A stretch of 61,471 nt of DNA, filler included. It is 11 parts of 11 records of this genome, joined end to end, with 100 filler letters (N's around TTAATTAATTAA, not from the genome) between each part and the next. Parts side by side here need not be neighbours in the genome. Positions count along the whole stretch, not along the records: positions 37,544 to 41,600 come from SRR7504441_9277; positions 41,701 to 46,922 come from SRR7504441_9283; positions 47,023 to 57,444 come from SRR7504441_9287; 8 more parts are not named here. One strand, 5' to 3'. The notes under the pieces were generated by a model. That model was given only the letters and a program-made list of their open reading frames with translations, made no database searches and was not told the DNA's origin. A program made the position numbers and the translations under genes. Positions 37,444 to 48,092 of this stretch are shown here, piece by piece (position 1 is the first letter of the stretch; each line of letters begins with the position of its first letter).

Positions 37444-37723
37444 NNNNNNNNNNNNNNNNNNNNNNNNNNNNNNNNNNNNNNNNNNNNTTAATTAATTAAN
37501 NNNNNNNNNNNNNNNNNNNNNNNNNNNNNNNNNNNNNNNNNNNCGTAACAAAGCGTTAACACCGGTTATGTGGCCTCCGGCCTCGGCTCGACTTGACGAA
37601 TAAAATTAATGTATCTATACGTAACAAAATGTTAACGAGTGCTCTTTCGGCTTCGCTCTAGGTCAATCTTTGATTCCATCATCAATATTCGTGGCTTTAC
37701 ATGTAAAGGGACTAGAATCAATG

Positions 37724-40700
37724 TTACATACTCTTAGGGATGGGTGCTCCAACTGCATGGCAAATGATCTTGACTAGCTTTTCCGTGATGTCCTCTTTCC
37801 CAAGCATCTTGGCCAACGACAATCGGTTCACTGTGATGCCAACTGCTAACTTGTGCGCCTGCAGGCAGAACCCGAGGCTACCTCCGATCCCACGATGCCC
37901 AATCCCGACAGCCCCGCCGAAGTCAGTCAGTGCATACCCCAACCCATGCGACGAGCTCATCCCTGGCTGCGCTGATTCGGGCTGCACTGAATCGGTGGTA
38001 TGCGCCACCTTGTGCACCAGATTGACGGTCTCAGCTTGGAGAATTCGATGGCCGTCTATCTCGCCGCCTGCTGCCAGTGCCGCATAGAACTTTGCCAGTG
38101 CCCGAGCACTGCAGTGTCCGTTGGCTGCTGGAATATTCGCTCTCCTGACCGAGTTCATGTTGAAGAGCAGCGGAGAAAGCCAATTGCCGGCCTTGGCAGG
38201 CTGTTGGCTGTCCTCATCTGGTTGCTGATTAAGTATGCTGTTCTGCTGCTGTAATTGGTTGATTCTGTCAAACATTTGGGATAAGTCTGTGTTGTTCGTC
38301 TGGCTCTCCTTCCCTTGCATGAATAAACCTAGCGTTAGCTGTGCAACCTGTTCATCACGCTCAATGACTGCTTGCGGCAGCCCTGTGCACATATAGAACT
38401 CATGCTCGATTCCCAGTGGTCCAGCTATCCTGTCTGTTACGAGCTCACTCAGAGGCATTCCGGTCACCCGCTCCACGAGGCCACCCAGCAGCCAGCCATA
38501 GGAGAGGTAGTGATATCTGTACTCCTGCCCAGGCGGGCTATCGGGCTTAGATTTCTCTATTTGCGTAATCATCTTCTGCCAGTCTATCAGGTCGGCGAGC
38601 TTAACTTTTGTGTCCACTGCCTCGTGCAATCCGGCTCGGTGCGCCAGAGCATCAGCCACAGTGCAGGCGGCCTTAACTGAGCCTGTCGGCGCAAATTGCG
38701 GCCAATGCTCGACCATCCGACTGGCCAGCTTCAGCTCGCCTCGATCAAGCAGCGTGTGCACTGCACAGGCCAACACGGCTTTGGTTACTGAAAAGACATT
38801 AAAGAGTGAATCTGGCTGAACAGGCCGGGCATCGGCCTCGCCCAGGGTACCAGCACATACATGAGCGAGGGGTATCCCGTTTTGTAGAACCGAAACCTGA
38901 AGCCCAACTATATCGGCGTGCTCCGCCGCTAGGAAGCTCATCAGCCGCTGCTCGAGCGGAGAGTTGATAGACCCCCGTACAAAGGGGCCCACCGGCAGAG
39001 CGCGAGGCACTCGATTGAGCAGCACCAACTGAGCGTGGCTGGCAAGAATCTTGAGATAGGGCAGCCTGACCTGACAAACCGGTTTGAACAAGGCTGGCCA
39101 CGCTCAGGTACCTCAAGCTTGCTGCAGAGCCCGCGGAGCAGGAAGAGCACTCGCACCAGAAATACTAGCTCAGCAGGCCACGCATCTACCGGGTTGCGCA
39201 TGGGTGTGCCCGAGGTCTCCTGCTCCCGCTTGACCTTGCTTTTCAATGCTTTTTGGAATGTTTTGGTCTTGGCTCGCATCTCGTCCGACGGTGCGGTGTC
39301 TCTTAGCGTGAACCTGGTGGCCATGAGCGGCGGCAGAGCTGGCCAGATACCTTAGTGCCTCCATGTCGAGCATCGGATCCTCGCGATTCAGCTTTAGACC
39401 CATGTTTACAAATCCGTCGAGCAAGCCGCCAAAGTCCATCGCTCCAGCCGAGAAGACCATCTCCGCAAATGCCAAGCGCTTGGCTGGTTCGAGCTGCTTT
39501 GTCATCCCAAAGTCGAGCAGCACAGGAGTTGCGATGCCATGGGCGCAGCACACAAGCAGGTTCCCAGGATGTGGGTCGCAGCTGCCGGCAGATCTGGTCA
39601 AGCCCGGCCCAGCCAAGCGGCGCACTTGAAGAAGCCGTCGTTAAAGATTTGCCGGGCAAAAGAGTGGCAGAGCCGACTGAGAAGCGCATGCACATCCACC
39701 TGGTGGGCCCGCAGCGCCGCTCGGTCGTCTATCTTGAATCCAGCGCACCAATCCATCACAAGCACCCGTTCGCTCACGAGCTGCTCCACTGGGCTTGGAA
39801 CCACTACCTGTATGCAACTCGAGTCGGCGGCCTTGCATGCCCGGCGCAAGTTGGCGGCCTCATTCACAAAGCTGAGCTCCTTAGTGACTTCCGTGCTGTA
39901 CTCATCCACCACCTGACCTCGGCGCGTCAAGGCACGCCCCCAATCAGTTCACTGACCGGGCCAAAGTCCATCCTCGGATCAAGCCAGCGCAGCCAGCTCA
40001 CAATCACCGCGAGGTCCTCCAGGTCCTGGCGCACCAACCGGCCGATCTCCGGGTGCTGGACCTGCCCCGTCCGCTCCAGCCCGTCGGACTGCCGGACCGA
40101 CCTTGACCGCCACCTGCTGGCCTCCCTGTTTGAGCACCGCCCTGTGGACTTGTGCGATGCTGGCGCTCGCGACTGGCTGTGGATCGAACCAACTGAAAAG
40201 AAGCTCGATCGGCTGGCCCAGCTGCTGCTCGATGCTGGCGCGCACGTGGCCGTAGCTCGAGGTCGGCATTTGGTCCTGCAGCACTGAGAGCTCGCGAACC
40301 CACTCGGGTGGCAGCACGTCGGCCCGGCTGCTCAGATACTGGCCAATCTTCACCCAAAGACCGGCGCTGCGGCGCATCATTTGGGCAACCCGCCGACTGT
40401 GTCCGAGATGTGCCGCCTTTGTGGCCTGCTCCAGCTGGGCGTCGGACCAGCCGGCCCATTTTGCACGCAGCGAGAGCAGCCGCAGCCCCGCGACCACCCT
40501 GACCGCCATCCCATACACCGCGAGCCGGCGCCACACCATCCGTGCCCTGCAGACGCTCCAGCCCAGCAGCCCACATAGTCCTAGCGCCAACCACCCCCCG
40601 TTACTGAGCTCTAATTGCCATCCGGCCAGGAAGCCGCACAAGCAGCAGCACACAAGCAGCATCTCTGGCCGGAGCCAGTTGAGCGGCTCCTCCGGGACCG

Positions 40701-41451
40701 GCCCGGCTGCCCCAAAGTCGGTGGCGGAGTCGAGCCCAGTGCCGCACCGGATCGCCATGTCCTGCTGCTCGCGCACTCGTTCATGCACTCGCTCGGCCAG
40801 CGGGCAGACCTTCTGCTGGCTGACAGCACGAGTGGGCAGCCCGATCCAGCAACTGGCACAGACCCTCCCGAGGCCACTCCGCCGATGGGGCGAGCAGTCG
40901 CCACACACCAGCTGGCCGCACGCCCGGCAGTGGTGCCGTCGCGTGACCAACCCGAACGGGACAGCACACAGTGGGCAGCCAGTCCGCGCCTCGTCTGCTT
41001 CCCAGGCCGCCCGTGGGCACGAGCTCAGCTCCGGCTCACTCTTGGTGGGCCGCACCGCTTCAGCCGCCAGGCGCAACGGCTCGCGCAGCTGGCTGAGCAA
41101 TTGGCGCTCCCCGCGGACGGCGATGCGGCCTGTGAGGAAGGCAGCTGCCGGGCTTATCCGGCCGTACAGCAGGGCGGGCAGGTCGCCCCCCGCCGCCCCA
41201 GTGACGCAGCAGCCGGTGCGGGCCAGCTGGCTCGAAGACACACGTTGCACTCCTGTCACTCGCCCGCCTGCAGCGGCCACCGCCCACCGGCCGAGGTCGC
41301 CGCCGTCGAACCCAACGCAGCTGCCGTCCACGGCGAACCCCCCGGCCGGGTCGGACGGGCCTAGATATTCGAAGAAGGCATCCAGGCTCAGGTGAGCGGC
41401 TGGCCGCGGCGCAACCAGATCCTCGCCCGCTCCGCAGCAGATGCTCGCCAT
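37724..41451 (-). CDS. SCP2 + FYVE + TM + ABC1 (ADCK/UbiB) kinase + beta-lactamase-family fusion protein
   Basis: AFLTGRIAVRG (SCP2); WEAD..RRHHCRACG..VC..CS (FYVE); VKIGQ, ASASIAQVH, VAVK, DPHPGN, LLDFG (ABC1); FSVTK, YHY (serine hydrolase). Confidence 0.88.
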
Positions 41452-42064
41452 GGCTGATGAGCACAACCGGGAGCTTTCCCCTCAGCTTGGCGCTTTCCCC
41501 CACCTGCAGGCAACTGTACTTCAGTTGGCGCTCGTGTCTCACCTCAACAAGCTTCAGTTTTACAGCATGCGCAAGGGACTGTTTCACGATCCCCAGAGTT
41601 NNNNNNNNNNNNNNNNNNNNNNNNNNNNNNNNNNNNNNNNNNNNTTAATTAATTAANNNNNNNNNNNNNNNNNNNNNNNNNNNNNNNNNNNNNNNNNNNN
41701 AGCGGCCACGGGAGAAGTAGTTTCAATCAACGGTTGGCACCAGGCACACGCGTCTGTGCCGCTGCGTAGATGGTGCTACTCGTGCCCGTGGAATACTCGG
41801 CACCTCACAGGTGGGGCATATGCATTCAATGAATAATGATCCCTCTAGATCTATAGATGATCAAAGGGCATCATGGCATGTGCACACAGGTCCACAGGCG
41901 GCCAGGCCGCAGACTCGGGACGTCGAATCATAGCCGCCCCGGCTGTTCGGTGGACAATGCGTGATATCGGCGACGATTTTAATTAAAATGTCATACGCAC
42001 GCTTCATGACTTTGTATGCACCTCAAGTTTAGCAGGTTATCAACGTACTGTCCTACGCCATGGA

Positions 42065-43267
42065 CTACAACATCGATTGCCCACGTGCAGAGTGAGCAAT
42101 CTCCTTGATCGCCGCCACTACAGCGTCCACCTCGAGCTCGGTATTGTAATACGAAGGGCTCAACCGCAGCGCAGGCCCACCCCGCCACGAGCTCTGATCG
42201 AAGCTGTGATTCCCGGGAGTCACGGACCCGTAGATCTGCCGCTCCGCCAGCAGCGATTTCAGCCTGGCCGATGGCACCGACTCCAGCACAAACACAACAA
42301 TAGGTGCCCGCTCCCCATCCCATCGAGCTGGCGCATCTCGGAACTCCACAAGCCCGGCCAATCCAGCTCTCAATCTATCGGCTAGACTTGTAGCCCGGGC
42401 CAGGATCCGGCTGGGCCCTATGTCAAGGCAGTACTGTGCGGCCACACCCAGCCCGACCCGAGCGGCCTGTCCTCCCTCCCACATTTCGTACCGACGGGCT
42501 CCTGTGTGCACCGTGTAGCTCTCGGGGCCAGTCCACTCAACCGCGTGATGATCGATCAGGCTGGGCTCGCCCACAAGCCCGGCCGCTCCGCTGCGGGCGT
42601 ACAAGAAACCACTCCCTCGGGGGCCTCGGAGCCATTTGCGGCCCGTCCCGCACGCAAAGCTGCACTGGATCCTCTGGACGTCCAGCGGCACCAGCCCGGC
42701 CGACTGGCACGCGTCGAGCAAGTACACCGCCCTGTGCCGCCGGCACACCTGCCCGACTTGTTCCGCCGGCTGTAGTGTCGACTTGTCTGTTTGCAGGTGG
42801 CAAAGCGCCACCACGCTCCTGGCTGCCCCCGCGAGCACAGCGTCCAGCTGCTGCAGGTCCACCATCCCGTCCGGGCGCATCGGGAGCACCTTCAGCTCGG
42901 CCCCAGACCGGCGGGCGGCCTGGATCATCCCGACCGCATTCCCGGCGTACTCGCACTCCCAGCAGACGATCCGATCACCCGGGCCGAGCGCCAGCGACCC
43001 GAGTGCCCGGGCCCAGCCCACCTGTGCGCTCTCCACCAGCGCTATTTCGCCCGGCCCGCTGGCGTTGAGCAGCGCTGCCAGCGCCGCCCGGGGGTCCGGC
43101 TGCTCGGCGGCCGCAGCGTACCCGCCGACCTGCCGCTCGCGCTCGAGAACCCTGAGCACGGCCGCGTGGGTGGGTGCGGCCGTCGGGCTGGCCCCCGCCG
43201 CGTTCATGTGCACGGCCGGCCCTATCCCCTCCCGCCAGCGCGCCAGCTCCTCGGGGCTCACTGCCAT
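42065..43267 (-). CDS. Class-V PLP-dependent aminotransferase / cysteine desulfurase-like enzyme, intronless
   Basis: HMNAAGAS, LDACQSAG, GTGRKWLRGPRGSGFLY (PLP lysine), LRLSPSYYNT. Confidence 0.88.
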   Translation of the reverse strand: MAVSPEELARWREGIGPAVHMNAAGASPTAAPTHAAVLRVLERERQVGGYAAAAEQPDPRAALAALLNASGPGEIALVESAQVGWARALGSLALGPGDRIVCWECEYAGNAVGMIQAARRSGAELKVLPMRPDGMVDLQQLDAVLAGAARSVVALCHLQTDKSTLQPAEQVGQVCRRHRAVYLLDACQSAGLVPLDVQRIQCSFACGTGRKWLRGPRGSGFLYARSGAAGLVGEPSLIDHHAVEWTGPESYTVHTGARRYEMWEGGQAARVGLGVAAQYCLDIGPSRILARATSLADRLRAGLAGLVEFRDAPARWDGERAPIVVFVLESVPSARLKSLLAERQIYGSVTPGNHSFDQSSWRGGPALRLSPSYYNTELEVDAVVAAIKEIAHSARGQSML

Positions 43268-43370
43268 TCGAGCACTGGCAAGTGGTCGTTGAAGTGCCGA
43301 ATCGCTATTTTTATCAGTCTCGGGCATCGGGCATCCAGTCGCAGAGCACAGCGGGAGGCAGGGCACAGCG

Positions 43371-44605
43371 ATGTCTTTCCGTCGAGGCCGTAAGAAGCGG
43401 GAGCAAGAGGTGGTGGAGGAAGCCCCGGTGATCGAGGTGCGCCCCCGCCCGACCGCCGACCGCCGACCGGGCCGGGCTGTGCAGGAGATACCAGACTACA
43501 GTAAGCCCAAGGACCAACTGGACCTGACCGAGGACGAGAAGGACGCAGACGTGGAGCGATGCCTGTCGGCTGCCAACCCGAACGCCCCGCTGAACCGGGC
43601 CGAGTTCAGCTACAAGGAGCGCTGCTTCAAGGTGAGCGAAGTGATCCAGCACACCATGTTCCACTTCAAATACGACGGGTGCCCCAGCAGCCGGCCGGGG
43701 GCGAGCCGGCGGGCAGCTGGCTGCTCGAGAAGAAGTCAGAGGCGGGTAAGACGCAGATCGAGCTGATGAAGAGCCGGGAGGCCGCCAAGGAAGCCGCAGA
43801 GCAGGCGGCGTTCGAGAAGAAAACCCTGGCCGGGGCCAAAGGAGAGGAGGTGGCCGAGTTTGACGAGTGCGACTTTCAGCTGGACAAACGGATCAGGAAC
43901 CAGTTCGACTTCGCTGAGCGCGCTTCCCAGACTTTCAACCTGACACTGCGTGAGCGAGTGATGACAACCGAGCCGCCGCCCAGCTCGACAGTGCAAGGCG
44001 TACAACAGTCAGTACTTGGAGACGTACCACGACCACCACATGTCAATCTATTCAGTCAAGTGGAACCCATTTGTGGAGCACGTTTTCATCTCTGCCTCAG
44101 CTGACTGGACTGTCAAGATCTGGGACCACCGCTGCCCCACCGCCATGATGAGCTTTGACCTGAACAACGCTGTGGGCGATGTGGCGTGGGCACCGTTCTC
44201 GTCAACTGTGTTTGTCGCTGTCACAGCAGATGGCAAGGTGATGGATCGCTGCTTCGGCCAAATGCTGAATTGGACCAGGTGAACGTGTTTGACCTGAACG
44301 AGAACAAACACGAGCCGCTCTGCGACCAGAAGGCGGTCAAGAAGTCCAAACTGACCCACGTGGTCTTCAACCGGCACGAGCCGATCATTGTTGTGGGCGA
44401 CGACAAGGGGTGCTTGCTCATGGCACGCCTGCGGGTTCTGACTGGCGGTTGCAGCTGGGTTAATTGTCTCAAGCTTTCGCCCAACTTGAGAAAGATTTCT
44501 CCCCCGGATAAGGAGAACCCTAAGAGCCACAAGGAAATGGAGATCGAAAAGCTTACAAGGATCTTGGTGTCTGCCGGCAAGGCGCAGGCCGAGGGCGCAC
44601 AGTGA
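43371..44605 (+). pseudogene. DNAI1: Axonemal outer-arm dynein intermediate chain 1 lacking its central region (pseudogene or misassembly)
   Basis: KPKDQLDLTE, NPNAP, RNQFDFAERASQT, TEPPP then an abrupt out-of-frame jump to [34 protein letters not shown]. Confidence 0.8.
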
Positions 44606-45056
44606 TGTGCAAAGATTCTCGAGACAACTATCTGAGGCGATTAACAAATCCATGCAACTGGCGTGGGCATTGTAAAATTCCACAACATAATATTAATGAC
44701 ACGTATTGCTTAAAATGAATTGTCATTGTACAATGTCATGATTGTAAGCGCTAGTATAATTACGACGTGTAATAGAATGCGACTTAGACGTTGGATGACG
44801 GCCCGCTGGTAAGCACGAGCATTACATGCTTCGTTACAAGCATGCCTAGAGTTAGAGCTTTTAATTTCGAATTGCTAGTATTCAACCGATGGCTTACAAG
44901 CAAGTACTTGGTTCACGAGGTACACCTTGCCAATGAGCTTGATCGGCAGTTTGGTCTTCCGCGTTTGTATAAACCTCATACATGTAGAGATATTTTGATG
45001 TAGGTCCGGCTAGCGCAGAGTAGGAATGTTATCCGGATGTTGCCGGGTTATTCACA

Positions 45057-46922
45057 TCACCAGGGCAGCTCACTGCCATCGTAGTTCAGGAACATCCCAT
45101 TCTGAATTGGCTGCAGTTCCTCCACAACACGCAAGCAGCCTTGAACAGAGACTGCTATCCCCATTGAAGTCTGCCGGACCAGAGTTGTATCGCCCGATTC
45201 AACGCTATCAGTGGCCCAAATGGAGCCAGTGCACCCTGGAGAAAGGGCCACCACAGAGAACCCCGAAGGCCCAAGCTCACTAGCGAGCACCCGACTAGCC
45301 ATGTTGAGCGCTGCACGGCAGATTCTCAAGCTCGGGCTCACATTGACTGACAGATCACTCACAGGTGCGGCCTGCCCGTAGTGTCAAATTGATTAGCCGG
45401 GCGGGGTTACCTCCGATATTGAGCCGACACGCGAGTTCAAGATTGCAATCTTCTTGATTGTCGACTTGTGGAGCAATGGAAGCAGGCTCTGCATCCCAAG
45501 GCGTCAAGTAGCAGCCAAGCTTTAATCACCTGGACAAGCTGGACGGTGCACACAGTAGTGGCTTCAAAGCAGCGAGTCATATTCTCCATGCCTCTTGGGG
45601 CTAGCAGGCTGTGCTCGTCCAGCTCGCTCCTCGATTCGGAGTTATTGTTAAGCAGCAGCACATCGATGCGCTCGATCCCATGCTGCGTAGCCAGCGTCTC
45701 CGCCGCACCAGCGACTGATGCAGCGTCAGTGACATCCATTGTCAGGCACACTGGAGCTGGAGCCTCAATCTCAGATGCGAGCTGGCTCAGCCGCCCCTGC
45801 AAGTCCTCCAACTCGCTGGCCCGTCGGCAAGTGGCTATCAAGCGCGCCCCAAACTGCACAACTTGCCCAGCTAGTGACCAGCCAATGCCATCGCCGCAGT
45901 TGGTCACTACAACCACCGCGCCAAGCCAACCGCTACCCTCTGCGTCGCCCCCAGCCGTTGCCGGGGCAACCCTCAGATGGCTAGCATTCGCATTCGACGA
46001 GCGGCGCAATATAGCAGCCTTGAGACTAGTCCAAGACGGGCCAAACACCAATGCCTGCTGGGTGGACAGCGGCTGCTCCTCGTGCGGGATGAACACGGCA
46101 TGGAGCTGCTTCACGAGCGGAACCTGCCACAGCCCATCGGATGTGCACTGGGCAAGAGGGCACACCACGTCGCTGTCGCTCACGACTATCGAGAGGTTGT
46201 GATCTTCAGAGCTCTGGGACAGCATTTCGATTGCGCTGCCCGAGAGGAATCTAAAGCCTTTCGATAGGCTGTGCAGGATCTTCCGGAGCCTCCTTCCAAC
46301 CACGGAGACAGAAGAGACCTGCGATAGCTGTCAGGTGCATCCAGCCTGTGCTGTCACCTCGTGCTTGACGGTGAGCTGCCCCATCGACTCGAGGGTGGTG
46401 ACCAGCTCTTTGAAGCCCTGCGACTCGACCCCTCCGGGCACATAGTCTAGCGTCACCTGGACGGCCAGCTGTTAGCGCGCGAGCGCCGCTCGAGTCACCG
46501 TGACAGAGGCCTGTGAGGTGGCTATCAAGTCGACGGAGATGCCACGCTCCTGATCAGTTGCTCAGCCACCAGCGAGGCAGGCTTGCGGGCACCTTGAACT
46601 TGTCGAAGAATCGGGCGAGGAATCCAGTTTCCTGCCACATCTTGAGGCTGGACAGCGTGAGCAGTGTCATCTTGGGCCTATGCACCACTGTGCAATCGAT
46701 CAGCCGGCCCCGGAGCGTGCTCGCACCCGCCAGAACCACCGCCTCCTTGAGTCCATTAGCCTGATCGTCCGGGCATATAGTTGTGCCCTCCACGTCGGGG
46801 TCGCTTGTCATTCTTATGCGGACCGGTACTCGCGCCCACTCGGCTGGCCACAGGCACTTGGGATGAAGCACCTACCCGAATTCGCCCGCCCGGCCGGTCC
46901 GCAACTACCTTGGCCCCTAGCG
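45057..46922 (-). CDS. Aspartate kinase (two ACT domains) fused to a C-terminal CsgA-like SDR domain (5' truncated)
   Basis: VLHPKC, MWQETGFLARFF, GISVDLIATS, VSVVGRR, NLSIVV, VFGPSW; then VVVTNCGDGIG, MDVTD, AALNM, NGMFLNYDGSELPW. Confidence 0.85.
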
Positions 46923-47022
46923 NNNNNNNNNNNNNNNNNNNNNNNNNNNNNNNNNNNNNNNNNNNNTTAATTAATTAANNNNNNNNNNNNNNNNNNNNNN
47001 NNNNNNNNNNNNNNNNNNNNNN

Positions 47023-47430
47023 CCATCGGTGCTCTCCTCCCAGACGTCCTCCGACTTGTGAGCGGCTGAGGCGTCTTCGGCGACCGCCGCGGCGCAATAC
47101 GAGGCCAGAAACAGCACGGCCAACCCTGTCAGAGCCAGTCGGGGCATGCTTCAGATGGCTTGGGTGCCCCAAGCAATGAAAAGTGGACATCTTACACTGT
47201 CCCGGCATCTTTACGCGGTTTTCTCTCGGGTGCCGTTGCCGTTACAACCATCGTACAGTAGTCGCCCAGGTACCGGAGCTTGCAATGCATGGCGTAGCAA
47301 TGGCGCACCCGGAGGCCTATCTGCCGGACTGCTAGCAGTATTCGTGCATAAGGTAGATGTAACTCGGCTTGAGAAGCAATCGATTGATACGAGTACATGC
47401 ACGGATACGATGTACGCACAAATTCCGTGA
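47023..47430 (+). CDS. Probable 3' end of an unidentified gene
   Basis: Open frame ending convergently with the DUF402 gene; no recognisable motif. Confidence 0.3.
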
Positions 47431-47485
47431 TTTACACACGTTACATGTATATATGCAGAATCATGCATGCTAAAAGCCCCAACTG

Positions 47486-48067
47486 TTAGACAGCAACGCC
47501 AGCCTTGTCGTCTCGTCGTCGGCGGATTGCTTCCTCCACCGCCTCGTCCACTGCCCCAGTCAGCTGACCAGCATCTCTCAGCAACGCCTCCTGCGCGGCC
47601 TCCACCTCAGCCAGCTGCGGCCCAGAGAGCAGTCCGGCCTCCGCGGCCGCCATCATCTCCTCCCGGTCCTCCCAGTCCAGCTCCCCGCCGGGTGAGACCC
47701 AGCAGTCGAGCAGCAGGTCTTCAAACAGCAGCTCGTGCGGCCTCCCCTCCGAGCCCGGCCGCAGTTTCACCGCCCCGAGCACGTCGAATCGGTAGCGCTG
47801 GAGCACGCCGTCCGGCGCGTGCAGCCGGTAGGCCCCGAGCCCGAGTGGGCCGAACGCCCCCCGGCCCCACACCCCCCAGCTGAAGCTGCCCGCCGGTGCG
47901 CCGAACAGGTTGTCCGGCTCAGCCACCCAGCGGCCGACCACCAGCTCCTGTGCCGGGTCCCAGCGCCAGCACTCGATGTCGAACGAGCTGACCGCCCCGC
48001 TGAGCTTTTGCTTGGTCTCCCGCAGCCGCCGCAGCGGGCGTGCCAGGCACTGGAGCTCGCTGATCAT
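47486..48067 (-). CDS. DUF402 (FomD-like) domain protein, intronless
   Basis: YRFDV..FEDLLLDCWVSPGG..EDREE..A..GLLS pattern. Confidence 0.7.
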   Translation of the reverse strand: MISELQCLARPLRRLRETKQKLSGAVSSFDIECWRWDPAQELVVGRWVAEPDNLFGAPAGSFSWGVWGRGAFGPLGLGAYRLHAPDGVLQRYRFDVLGAVKLRPGSEGRPHELLFEDLLLDCWVSPGGELDWEDREEMMAAAEAGLLSGPQLAEVEAAQEALLRDAGQLTGAVDEAVEEAIRRRRDDKAGVAV

Positions 48068-48092
48068 CCCATTTTTCTAACGGATCTATCCA

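Noticed and set aside
44791-45003. 70-aa ORF between DNAI1 and aspartokinase
   Set aside because: TTG start, AT-rich convergent intergenic DNA, no motif
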